Source: Patescibacteria group bacterium
GTDB taxonomy: Bacteria > Patescibacteriota > Minisyncoccia > Phycocordibacterales > JBBUBG01
Length of the DNA: 38,359 nucleotides
Direction: 5' to 3'
NCBI GenBank assembly: GCA_040384765.1
Contig: JAZKIQ010000005.1
Coordinates: forward strand, 87,558 to 125,916
Part shown: piece after piece, positions 25,514-34,441 of the stretch
How positions within the stretch are numbered: position 1 is the stretch's first letter
How the letters are laid out: every line of letters begins with the position of its first letter
Made by a program: the position numbers and the translations under genes
Notes under the pieces: model-generated
Seen by the model: the letters and a program-made list of their open reading frames with translations, nothing else
Databases searched by the model: none
Told to the model about the DNA's origin: nothing

Positions 25514-27991
25514 CTACTCCGCCACAATCGAGAGCAATCTCCCCGGCACATAGACGATCTTCTTGGGCTCTTTGCCCTCAAGCCATCTTTTGACCGAATC
25601 ACGCCCAAGCGCAAGCGCCCGAACCTCCTCCTCGGAGATGGTGCGAGGGACCGAGAGGGTATCTCGTACCTTGCCATTTACCTGTACCGCGATCGTGAGT
25701 AGGGAAAGCTCTAGTTTTGAGCTGTCTGCCTTGGGCCAATGGCTGCGGTAAAGAGGCTCCGAGTGGCCAATCTTCTCCCACAGCTCCTCTGCAATATGAG
25801 GCGCAAACGGCGCAAGAAGCCTGATCAGGGTTTCAAGTGGGAAAAGGGCTACGCGCTCCTCCTTTTCAATATCACGCAAAAGGATCATGAGCGCCGCTAC
25901 AGCTGTGTTCATCTTGAGCTCCTCGATATCGTGCGACACCTTTTCGATCGTCTGGTTGGCAAGCACGAGCAGTGCACTTGATGGCTCTGCCTCTTTATCC
26001 ACCCGAAGTGCAGCCCTCCATGCACGCTCGAGAAAACGGCGCGCTCCGACAAGGCCGTCTGTGTTCCATGCGATAGCCTGGTCAAACGGACCCATGAACA
26101 TTTCGTACACGCGAAGACTATCCGCACCAAACTGCAGAACAATGGCATCGGGGTTCACCACATTTCCCTTTGATTTCGACATCTTCACGCCGCCGTCCGC
26201 AAGGATAAGGCCGTGGGAAGTGCGCTTTGCATATGGCTCCGAAGTGGGAACGTGGCCCTGATCAAACAAAAACTTGTGCCAAAAACGCGAATAGAGAAGG
26301 TGAAGTGTTGTGTGCTCCATGCCGCCGTTGTACCAATCGACGGGGCCGGCATTTTGTAGTTTATAGTTGATAGTTGATAGTTTTTCGTTCGCTCCGCTCC
26401 AGTAGGCGAGCTTTTTGGGGTCGCAAAAAACTTGATCGTTTTTCGGATCAACATAGCGCAGGTAATACCACGAAGAGCCCGCCCAGTTTGGCATGGTGTC
26501 TGTCTCGCGCCGGGCAGGACCTTTGCAGCTGGGACAGATGGTGTTCACCCATTCGGTAATAGCAGCAAGAGGAGACTCCCCTGTATCGGTAGGCTGATAG
26601 TTTTCGACATCGGGAAGCGTGACCGGAAGGTCGGTGAGTGGTACTGGTACCCAATCGCACTTCTCGCAATGAATCATCGGGATCGGCTCGCCCCAGTAGC
26701 GCTGTCGTGAAAAAACCCAGTCGCGAAGCTTGTAGGTGATCTTCTTTTTGGCGAGACCTTTTTCGACAGCATAGGCACTAATTGCATCGCGCGACTGCCC
26801 CGCCGTTTTTCCGGCAAAATCTGCAGGCTCCGAAAGAATCCCCTGCTCCATATCCGAGTAACACACCTCTCGATTTTCTACGCGAGTGCGCTCTTCCGGG
26901 AGAGATGGGAAAAGCACCGGCTTAAGCGGAATGTTATATTTTTTTGCAAAAGCAAAGTCTCGTTCGTCGTGAGCCGAGCACTTCACGATGCCTGTACCAT
27001 ACTCAGCAAGCGCATAGTTTGCGATCCAGATCGGGAGCTCGCCATTTCCTACCGGGTCAACAATGTATCTGCCGGTAAACACCCCTTCAACCTCTTTTAT
27101 CTCCGCATGGCCTGCGGCGCTGCGCCTCTCTGTGATCGCCTTTGCCTCCGCAAGAATCTCTTCCTTATTCGAAACCCCATCGAGAAGGCGCGGGAGCAGA
27201 GGATGATTCGGTGCAATAACAACAAACGTATCCGCACAAAATGCCTCAAAATGGGCGCTAAACGTTTCAATAACGATATCCGTATCTTTTACCGGAGAAG
27301 AAAAAAGAAGTCCGTCTGATTTGCCAATCCAGTTTCGCTGCTGAGCTTTTATTTTTTCGAGGTAGTCTACCGTATCGAGATCCTTTTCAAGACGATCTGC
27401 ATACTTTGTAATCGCGAGCATCCACTGCTCTTTTTCACGCTTCTCAACCTTCGTGCCACAGCGCTCGCAGCATCCGTCGACGACCTCTTCATTCGCAAGG
27501 CCGATCTTATCTTTTGGACACCAGTTGATCTCCATCTTCGCCTTGTAGGCAAGGCCAGCCTTGTGAAGCTCGAGGAAGATCCACTGCGTCCATCTGTAAT
27601 ATGAAGGATCAGTGGTGTTCACCTCGCGCGACCAGTCAAAAGAGAAACCGAGGGCCTGGAGCTGGCGACGAAACGTATCAGTATTTTCTTTTGTAACAAG
27701 CGCCGGCTTTTTGCCTGTCTTGATGGCATAGTTTTCGGTAGGAAGACCGAAGGCGTCCCAGCCGATTGGGTAGAGCACTTCGTACCCTTCGGCACGACGC
27801 TTGCGTGCCACCACGTCCATCGCCGTGTTTGAGCGAACATGCCCTGCATGAAGACCATCTCCCGAAGGATAGGGAAACTCGATGAGGCAGTAGTACTTTG
27901 GCTTTGGCGAGTCGTCACGCGCTTCAAACGCCTTTGCATCTGCCCACGTTTTTTGCCATTTTGGCTCTATCTCCTTTGGGTTATATTCCAT
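25514..27991 (-). CDS. leuS: Leucine--tRNA ligase
   Basis: FPYPSG..LHAGH, GWDAFGLPTEN, DWVFSRQRYWGEPIP, KMSKSKGN, QVNGKVR; ATG 27991. Confidence 0.97.
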   Translation of the reverse strand: MEYNPKEIEPKWQKTWADAKAFEARDDSPKPKYYCLIEFPYPSGDGLHAGHVRSNTAMDVVARKRRAEGYEVLYPIGWDAFGLPTENYAIKTGKKPALVTKENTDTFRRQLQALGFSFDWSREVNTTDPSYYRWTQWIFLELHKAGLAYKAKMEINWCPKDKIGLANEEVVDGCCERCGTKVEKREKEQWMLAITKYADRLEKDLDTVDYLEKIKAQQRNWIGKSDGLLFSSPVKDTDIVIETFSAHFEAFCADTFVVIAPNHPLLPRLLDGVSNKEEILAEAKAITERRSAAGHAEIKEVEGVFTGRYIVDPVGNGELPIWIANYALAEYGTGIVKCSAHDERDFAFAKKYNIPLKPVLFPSLPEERTRVENREVCYSDMEQGILSEPADFAGKTAGQSRDAISAYAVEKGLAKKKITYKLRDWVFSRQRYWGEPIPMIHCEKCDWVPVPLTDLPVTLPDVENYQPTDTGESPLAAITEWVNTICPSCKGPARRETDTMPNWAGSSWYYLRYVDPKNDQVFCDPKKLAYWSGANEKLSTINYKLQNAGPVDWYNGGMEHTTLHLLYSRFWHKFLFDQGHVPTSEPYAKRTSHGLILADGGVKMSKSKGNVVNPDAIVLQFGADSLRVYEMFMGPFDQAIAWNTDGLVGARRFLERAWRAALRVDKEAEPSSALLVLANQTIEKVSHDIEELKMNTAVAALMILLRDIEKEERVALFPLETLIRLLAPFAPHIAEELWEKIGHSEPLYRSHWPKADSSKLELSLLTIAVQVNGKVRDTLSVPRTISEEEVRALALGRDSVKRWLEGKEPKKIVYVPGRLLSIVAE
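26350..26384. repeat. In-frame TAGTTGA heptamer tract inside leuS
   Basis: CATTTTG TAGTTTA TAGTTGA TAGTTGA TAGTTTT, encoding KLSTINYKLQN. Confidence 0.8.
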
Positions 27992-28078
27992 AGACTCAAC
28001 GGATAACATCTGTCTGATGACCAATAACGGGACTCACAAAAAAATCCCTGTTATCTGTCATACGTTATGAGTTAGTAG

Positions 28079-28657
28079 TTACTTTAGCTTCTTAACCCCC
28101 AGCCAGATAAGCGCCGCAAGAGAAAGTGCGAGTACGACAACCTGGAGATACTGCCCGAGCTTCGACCAGTATCCGATCATAGCAATAATGAGCGAGAGGA
28201 CTCCGCCAAGAGAGAGGCCGAGCGACACCGCTTCAACAGCAGCGAGAGCGAACCCTATGACGAGCGATCCGACGCCGAGAATTACCCGCACCACAAACAC
28301 GTTGCGCTGATAAAGATCGTGCGCTGATTGGTAGTTTTTGTTGCAGGTGTAGTTTACATCGCAATATCCACGGACTGTCTCTGCGGGTACACCAGCAGGC
28401 ACTGGCATGCGCTTGTCGAGGTAGTACTGGTTTTCGCTCCAGCTGCCACCTTTTGAAACACACTCGTCTTGAGTTTGAGGAATGGTAGTCACCTGCTCGG
28501 TTGGGCAGTATGCCTGATAGTCAGGCTCAGCATAGACCGATCGAATCGCATAGTAGAAAAACAGGTTGAGAACAATGACGATCGCAAGCGCGAGAATAAA
28601 GCGCAGAAAGCGCCCCGGCCGCGGCGAAACCTCGGGAGAATGGGTGGTTTGGTCCAT
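28079..28657 (-). CDS. Multi-pass membrane protein with 4-Cys extracytoplasmic loop
   Basis: 1+3 hydrophobic helices; loop YC...EC..KGGSW...GYC...TC. Confidence 0.75.
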   Translation of the reverse strand: MDQTTHSPEVSPRPGRFLRFILALAIVIVLNLFFYYAIRSVYAEPDYQAYCPTEQVTTIPQTQDECVSKGGSWSENQYYLDKRMPVPAGVPAETVRGYCDVNYTCNKNYQSAHDLYQRNVFVVRVILGVGSLVIGFALAAVEAVSLGLSLGGVLSLIIAMIGYWSKLGQYLQVVVLALSLAALIWLGVKKLK

Positions 28658-28776
28658 AGAGATGAAGTTAACCTTACCTTTTGACAATATCAGGAAAGAC
28701 CTGCCGCGGCTAGGAGCAGCGTGGAGACCTCCCGGAGCAGTTGAACATTCAGTATTTTATAAAATAAAAGAAAACA

Positions 28777-28798
28777 GCGGCATTCTTGCGAATGCCGC
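28777..28798 (-). terminator. Terminator of orphan gene 28833-29504
   Basis: GCGGCATTC-TTGC-GAATGCCGC (GCAA loop on the minus strand), followed by a T-rich tract on the minus strand. Confidence 0.7.
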
Positions 28799-28832
28799 CG
28801 GACACAGGACAGAGAATCAAACTCTCCGTCTC

Positions 28833-29504
28833 CTACTTGAGCGGAACGACCGCCACGCGGACTGAAGCGATCAGCTCAGCATCCGTGATGGGCTTCCACC
28901 AGAGCATGTAGCGGTAGTCCCGGTGAGCGAAATCCCGCTCGAGCACCAACACGTGACAAAAGGATGTCGACCCCGGAGCAACGATCAGGAGATCCCTGTC
29001 CTTTCGCAGATCCTTGATCCTGTTCTTGTAATCCACGAGAAAGGTGAGCATCTCCGGCGCCGTAGCGTATCGGTACTGCTTCTTGTCGATGGATCCGAAC
29101 AGCTTATCCATGGATGCTGATCCGGAGACGTTACCCTGCCCGAGCAGCACCACCGGCACATCCGAGTCGGCCTTCGCAGGACGCTGATCAAAGTTGCTCC
29201 AGCAAATACCACTTGGATCATCTTCAATCATCCAGCACGTTCGCTCGAGCATCGTCTTGAGCAGACGAGCCAAGTCTCCGACCATCTCCTTCCGATACGT
29301 CACGCGGACTGTCTCGCACAGAAAGGCCCTCCACTCCCAGCCGAGCGCCGAGCGAAACGCCGATCTCGACAGGAATGCGCGATCACCATCGAGGAGATCC
29401 CCGAGGTACCCCGACTCGAGCAGCTCCTGGAGCCGATCGAGCGAATACCCCTTGTCCAGAAGCATCTGGAGTACCTTCATGCCCTGTCTGAGGGTTGCTT
29501 CCAC
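28833..29504 (-). CDS. Hypothetical protein (223 aa, orphan)
   Basis: AGGAGG SD before in-frame GTG 29504; upstream TGGTATAAT (TATAAT at 29583-88); own terminator. Confidence 0.7.
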   Translation of the reverse strand: MEATLRQGMKVLQMLLDKGYSLDRLQELLESGYLGDLLDGDRAFLSRSAFRSALGWEWRAFLCETVRVTYRKEMVGDLARLLKTMLERTCWMIEDDPSGICWSNFDQRPAKADSDVPVVLLGQGNVSGSASMDKLFGSIDKKQYRYATAPEMLTFLVDYKNRIKDLRKDRDLLIVAPGSTSFCHVLVLERDFAHRDYRYMLWWKPITDAELIASVRVAVVPLK

Positions 29505-29704
29505 AGCAAGTCCTCCTAAGTTGTTGGCGTCGTTTTTGGAGCTGACATAGCTCACCAAACGGACCAGTGAACACCAGATTTAATTATACCACTAAATATG
29601 AAAAAGTAAAGCCCGGCGCGCATAGCGCCGGGCATTTATATGTATGCGAGTGTACTCGCGAAGCATTCGCTCTCCCCGATTCACCACCTCCTTGGTTCAG
29701 GAAG

Positions 29705-29897
29705 AAAAACCGCTGCACATTTTTGAAACATCTGCAGAAAACTTTTAAGGGAAAGGAGAAGCAGGAATCCAAAAGAGTGGTCGTCGGACACAAAGTGCCG
29801 GCGGGAACCACGATCCCAAAGGGACTTTTGGAATTCTTGCCGCGACTATTCCCTTTTAAGGTTTCGAAGCCGTTGCAAAAATGTGCAGCGGGTTTTT
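29705..29897. repeat. ~190-bp rod-like inverted-repeat element at the fba 3' end
   Basis: CCGCTGCACATTTTTG/CAAAAATGTGCAGCGG (16 bp perfect) plus nested inner stems. Confidence 0.75.
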
Positions 29898-30765
29898 ATA
29901 GTCCTGCAAACAGCCGCAACTTCTTCTCCACCAACTTCTGCATCTCGCTTAGTGCCGGCCGCAAAATCTTGTACGGAGCAACCTCGTCCTCCTTTTCCTG
30001 GAGCGAAAGCCTCAGCGCGTTGCGCCAGGCCACACGAAGCTCAGTATTTACATGCACAAGCGAAATGCCAGCCGCAATCGCATCTCGAACCGTCTCATCA
30101 GTGAGACCCGATGCGCCGTGAAGCACGAGAGGCAGCGAGACCGCCGAAGAAACTTCTGAAAGCCGTTTGATATGAAGATCTGGATCATGCGATGAGCGAA
30201 GCATCCCGTGCACAGAGCCAATGGCGGGGGAAAAACAGTCGACGCCAGTCTCTTTTACAAACCGTACCGCATCCTCGGGCGTTGTGAGCTCGCTCTCTGA
30301 GAGCGCTGCACCAGAAGGAAGTGCGTCGAGCACCTGAGACGACTGACCGATATAGCCAAGCTCGCCCTCGACAAGCACCTCGCGACCGCTTGCACGAGCA
30401 TAGGCAACCACCTCTTTTGTGATCTTTATATTTTCCTCTAGTGGAAGCTTGGCACCGTCAAAGATAACGCTGTCATATCCGGCGTCGATCGCCTCTTTGC
30501 ATCGCTCGAGCGAATAGGTGTGATCGGCATTTGCAAAGATCGGATAGTCGTACTCCTCTCGCAACGAGCGCACAAGAAGCGCCGTCTGCTTTACGCCAAT
30601 AAAATCGCGCTCACCTTCTGAAGCGCCGATCACCACCGGAAGATCGAGGGCACGTGCGGCATTAAAAATCGCCCAGAGACCATCGATTGTTGAAATATTA
30701 AAATGACCGATAGCGCGCTTTGCAATCTTGGCCTCGGCCAAGCAGTCTTTCAGTGTTTTTTGCAT
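29896..30765 (-). CDS. fba: Class II fructose-bisphosphate aldolase
   Basis: GHFN, NADH, SVIFDG, VEGELG, AIGSVHG, LVLHGASG, NTELR. Confidence 0.95.
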   Translation of the reverse strand: MQKTLKDCLAEAKIAKRAIGHFNISTIDGLWAIFNAARALDLPVVIGASEGERDFIGVKQTALLVRSLREEYDYPIFANADHTYSLERCKEAIDAGYDSVIFDGAKLPLEENIKITKEVVAYARASGREVLVEGELGYIGQSSQVLDALPSGAALSESELTTPEDAVRFVKETGVDCFSPAIGSVHGMLRSSHDPDLHIKRLSEVSSAVSLPLVLHGASGLTDETVRDAIAAGISLVHVNTELRVAWRNALRLSLQEKEDEVAPYKILRPALSEMQKLVEKKLRLFAGL

Positions 30766-30872
30766 GAGACATAGTGTACCACAGCAGTGGTGCGAGGGTT
30801 TTGGGAAACTATTGACACTTACGATAAAATAATGAATGGTACTAGAGAAAGCACAACCAAGGAGGCATAGTA

Positions 30873-31253
30873 ATGTCTACTCCCGTAGTCGTTATCGCAG
30901 ATGACGAAAAAGATCTGCGTGAGATGATCGCGTTCCGGATACGGCGATGGGGCTACGCAGATGTTCGACAGGCCGCAAACGGCTTCGAGGCCATCGCGCT
31001 CGTACTGCCTCTGCTCAACGAGGGCAAGCGAGTAATCCTCGTCACCGATAACGACATGGGGAAGCCGAGCGGCGAAGAGGTGGTACGCGTACTCGCCGAT
31101 AAAGAGAATCTCGCAATCATCATGAATGCGGGAAAGAAACCCGAAGACAAGGCGGTCCTCTCGAAGCTCATCAAGTTCATCGCGAAGCCTGATCTCGACG
31201 AGGTCCTCCCCGTAGCGCTCAAGGAGGCATGGGCCACGCTGTCCGAAGCGTAG
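30873..31253 (+). CDS. Stand-alone response-regulator receiver (CheY-like)
   Basis: VIADDE, AANG.EA, LVTDNDMG..SG (phospho-Asp), FIAKP; AAGGAGG SD. Confidence 0.85.
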   Translation: MSTPVVVIADDEKDLREMIAFRIRRWGYADVRQAANGFEAIALVLPLLNEGKRVILVTDNDMGKPSGEEVVRVLADKENLAIIMNAGKKPEDKAVLSKLIKFIAKPDLDEVLPVALKEAWATLSEA

Positions 31254-31301
31254 GCCTCCGAACTCTGGGGTCCGCACTGCCGCCGACGCCCATGCGCATG
31301 T

Positions 31302-31337
31302 TCCCGTATCCTTCTCGGATACGGGACTTTCTTTTTT
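31302..31337 (+). terminator. Terminator of the receiver gene
   Basis: TCCCGTATCC-TTCTC-GGATACGGGA, then CTTTCTTTTTT. Confidence 0.75.
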
Positions 31338-31378
31338 GTGCACATCAAAAAAAGCAAACCTCACGGTATACTATTCTT

Positions 31379-32374
31379 ATGAAACAGCTCGACTTCGTTG
31401 CGATCGGAGATATCGTAACGGACGCATTTATCCGCCTCAAAGAGGCAGAGGTGCAACCTTCGATAGATCACACCAAACAGGAGCTCTGTATGGAGTTTGC
31501 GGCAAAGATCCCCTACGAGTCGGTGACCATCATCCCTGCTGTTGGGAACTCGGCAAATGCTGCGATCGCCGCAGCCCGCCTAGGCCTTTCGTCGGCACTC
31601 GTCGCCAACCAAGGAGATGACACCTACGCAAAAGAGAATCTAGTCGTGCTCAAAAACGAACATGTTCTTCGAGATTTTATAAAAAACCATCCGGGAGCAA
31701 ACTCAAACTACCACTACGTTCTCTGGTATGGCGCTGAACGTACCATCCTCGTAAAGCACGAAAACTATAGCTATCACTTGCCGGACATCGGATCGCCAAA
31801 GTGGCTCTACCTCACCTCGCTCGGCGCAAACACGCTCACCTTTCATCTTGAGATTGAGGAGTATCTCAAAAAACACCCGGAGGTAAAGCTCGCCTTTCAA
31901 CCAGGCACCTTTCAGATCGCGGCAGGAATCGAAAAGATGCGCTATTTCTATTCACGCGCTGAGGTGCTCGTGATGAATGTAGAGGAAGCGGAAAAAGTGA
32001 CCGGCCTTCCTGGAGATGCAAAAATTCGCGAACTCACCACGGCACTTCATAAACTTGGATCAAAAATTATCCTTATCACCGATGGCCCAAAAGGCGCATA
32101 CCTCTCGACCGGCCGCAATGCATGGTTTATGCCTGCCTATCCTGACCCGAAGCCGCCGTATGAGCGCACAGGGGCCGGAGACGCCTTTGCCTCCACATTT
32201 GTTTCGGCACTCGCTCTGGGGAAGACGCCGGAAGAGGCCCTCCGCTGGGCTCCCATCAACTCGATGTCAGTAGTGCAGCATGTCGGTGCGCGAGAGGGAC
32301 TCCTCTCACTTTCCGTGCTTAAAAAATATCTGCAGAAAGCTCCGCCTGACTACGAGCCAACTCCTCTCGGTTAG
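31379..32374 (+). CDS. PfkB/ribokinase-family carbohydrate kinase
   Basis: AIGD, GNSANAA..RLG, NVEEA, ITDGPKGA, ERTGAGDAF; ATG 31379. Confidence 0.92.
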   Translation: MKQLDFVAIGDIVTDAFIRLKEAEVQPSIDHTKQELCMEFAAKIPYESVTIIPAVGNSANAAIAAARLGLSSALVANQGDDTYAKENLVVLKNEHVLRDFIKNHPGANSNYHYVLWYGAERTILVKHENYSYHLPDIGSPKWLYLTSLGANTLTFHLEIEEYLKKHPEVKLAFQPGTFQIAAGIEKMRYFYSRAEVLVMNVEEAEKVTGLPGDAKIRELTTALHKLGSKIILITDGPKGAYLSTGRNAWFMPAYPDPKPPYERTGAGDAFASTFVSALALGKTPEEALRWAPINSMSVVQHVGAREGLLSLSVLKKYLQKAPPDYEPTPLG

Positions 32375-32378
32375 ATTC

Positions 32379-32408
32379 AAAAAGCAGCGCCCCTGGGCGC
32401 TGCTTTTT
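32379..32408. terminator. Bidirectional terminator between convergent kinase and transketolase genes
   Basis: AAAAAGCAGCGCCC-CT-GGGCGCTGCTTTTT. Confidence 0.75.
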
Positions 32409-32435
32409 TCAAAATGTAAACGAGGAACGGAAACC

Positions 32436-33422
32436 TTACCGAAGCAACACTTTTTTGGCTGCAGCAACAATCGCCTGCACTCCCATCCCGTAGTGCTCGA
32501 GCAGCTCTTCCGGCTTTCCTGACTGGCCAAACTGATCGTGCACGCCAATAAACTCGATCGGCACCGGATGGTTTTGCGCCAGCACCTCTGCCACTGCTGA
32601 CCCCATACCTCCCGCAACCTGATGCTCTTCGATAGTTACCACGCGGCCAGCCTCTTTTGCCACACGTACGACTGACTCCTCGTCCATCGGCTTTATCGTG
32701 TGATTGTTGAGCACAGACACCTCGATCCCCTCTTTTGCCAGCACCTCTGCGGCAAGAAGCGCATTGTGCACAAGCGGGCCACATGCGATAAGCGCTACTT
32801 GGGGATTTTTTGGCGAGCGAAGGAGGTTTGCCTTCCCAATAACAAACGGGGACTCCTTTGTCGTAATGACTGGTGTCTTCTCGCGTGTGAGTCGCAGATA
32901 TGCAGGTGAATCGAGCGCCGGGAGCGCGAGCGTTGCTTTACGTGCCTCATGGGCATCGGCTGGCACCACCACCACCATGCGAGGAAGCGCGCGCATAATC
33001 GCAATATCTTCGAGAGCTTGGTGCGTGCCGCCATCGGGGCCCACCGACACACCCGCATGTGATCCCACAATTTTTACCGGGCGATTATTATACGCAATCG
33101 TCGTGCGAATCTGCTCCCAATTGCGCCCAGGACTAAACGTTGCGTAGGAGGTGATAAAAGGGATCTTGCCCACCGCAGCGAGGCCTGAAGCTACCGTTGC
33201 AAGATTTTGCTCGGCAACGCCTATCTCCACAAACCGCTTCGGATATTTTTCACGGAATGCGAGCATCTTGGTACTCTCGGTGAGATCAGCGCACAGGCCC
33301 ACTACACGCGGGTCGGCATCTGCGGCAAGCACGAGCCCATCACCAAAGCCGTTGCGCACAGGCACGCGCTCCAGATCAGCGTCAAACAGTTTTGGATTTA
33401 GTTTTTGATGCGGTACGAGCAT
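32436..33422 (-). CDS. tkt: Transketolase, C-terminal (pyrimidine-binding) subunit
   Basis: ADLTEST, GVAEQN, GPDGGTHQALED, IEEHQ..GGMGS. Confidence 0.95.
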   Translation of the reverse strand: MLVPHQKLNPKLFDADLERVPVRNGFGDGLVLAADADPRVVGLCADLTESTKMLAFREKYPKRFVEIGVAEQNLATVASGLAAVGKIPFITSYATFSPGRNWEQIRTTIAYNNRPVKIVGSHAGVSVGPDGGTHQALEDIAIMRALPRMVVVVPADAHEARKATLALPALDSPAYLRLTREKTPVITTKESPFVIGKANLLRSPKNPQVALIACGPLVHNALLAAEVLAKEGIEVSVLNNHTIKPMDEESVVRVAKEAGRVVTIEEHQVAGGMGSAVAEVLAQNHPVPIEFIGVHDQFGQSGKPEELLEHYGMGVQAIVAAAKKVLLR

Positions 33423-33432
33423 TGTTTAAGAG

Positions 33433-33537
33433 AAATTCCAAATTCCAAGCACCAAGTCCCAGATAAATCTCAAAGATCCATTTTGAAATTTGAAAAATTG
33501 TCTGGAATTTGGTGCTTGGAATTTGGTGCTTATCATT
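33433..33537. repeat. Palindromic heptamer element, family C copy 3
   Basis: AAATTCCAAATTCCAAGCACCAAGTCCCAGA ... TCTGGAATTTGGTGCTTGGAATTTGGTGCTT. Confidence 0.8.
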
Positions 33538-34389
33538 TTATTCATGGTCAATTTTACCGCCCATGGTTCTTAGTTGCCGAAGGGCCTCTGTTGCCTCGTC
33601 TTTACTAAAGCTTTTTGAATGCCACGGATATTTAAACTCCATGAAGGAAACTCCTCTCCCAGGGATAGTATGGGCGATGATACAGACAGGCTTTTCAAAA
33701 ATAGCGCGCGCAGTCTCAAACGCATTTATGATCTCTCGAAAATCGTGACCGTTTATCTCGAGCACATGCCACCCAAAGGCGCGATATTTGTCTGGAAGCG
33801 GCTCAAGCGGCATGATCTCTTCGGTCATGCCATCGATCTGAATATTGTTACGGTCGATGACAAGCGTAAGGTTCGCAAGCTTCTCTTTTCCGGCAAGCAT
33901 TACCGCCTCCCACGTGCTGCCGCACTGCTGTTCACCGTCGGAAGCAAGCACATACACCTGGTTTGGCATGTCATCCATTCGCAAGCCAAGCGCCATCCCT
34001 ACGCCCTGCGAAAGACCTGAGCCGAGAGGCCCAGAAGAGGTCTCGAGCGCTGGCAAAAAATCTCGATGCGGATGCCCCTGAAGCATTGCTCCAAATTCGC
34101 GAAGGCGATGAAGCTCCTCTTTTGGGAAATATCCAGCGTGCGCCATCGCGGCATAGAGTACGGGACAGATATGCCCATTTGAAAGCACGACACGATCACG
34201 CTCGGGCCATGATGGCTGCATGGGATCGTGCTTAAGAGTATGAAAATAGAGAGCGGTAAAAATATCCGCCATACCAAGAGGCCCCGCGATATGCCCCGAG
34301 CCCGCACGGATTACGGCCTCGATGAGGTCGTATCGAATCGCACGCGCCTTTTCCTCAAGAACTTTTATATTGGTGTCGTCGAGAGCCAT
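33538..34389 (-). CDS. tkt: Transketolase, N-terminal (TPP-binding) subunit
   Basis: SGHIAG, RDRVVLSNGH, LQGHP, SGPLGSG, SDGE TPP motif. Confidence 0.95.
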   Translation of the reverse strand: MALDDTNIKVLEEKARAIRYDLIEAVIRAGSGHIAGPLGMADIFTALYFHTLKHDPMQPSWPERDRVVLSNGHICPVLYAAMAHAGYFPKEELHRLREFGAMLQGHPHRDFLPALETSSGPLGSGLSQGVGMALGLRMDDMPNQVYVLASDGEQQCGSTWEAVMLAGKEKLANLTLVIDRNNIQIDGMTEEIMPLEPLPDKYRAFGWHVLEINGHDFREIINAFETARAIFEKPVCIIAHTIPGRGVSFMEFKYPWHSKSFSKDEATEALRQLRTMGGKIDHE

Positions 34390-34441
34390 TTGTACAGTGT
34401 CATCGCTCACCACCACCTCGCTTAACCCAATCAGGAAACGC

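Noticed and set aside
29567-30121. ORFs across the 29.6-29.9 kb gap
   Set aside because: They read through the long inverted repeat and into fba antisense; better explained as non-coding structure.
12830-33537. Repeats as a CRISPR array
   Set aside because: Copies are dispersed, with no repeat-spacer periodicity and no cas genes.
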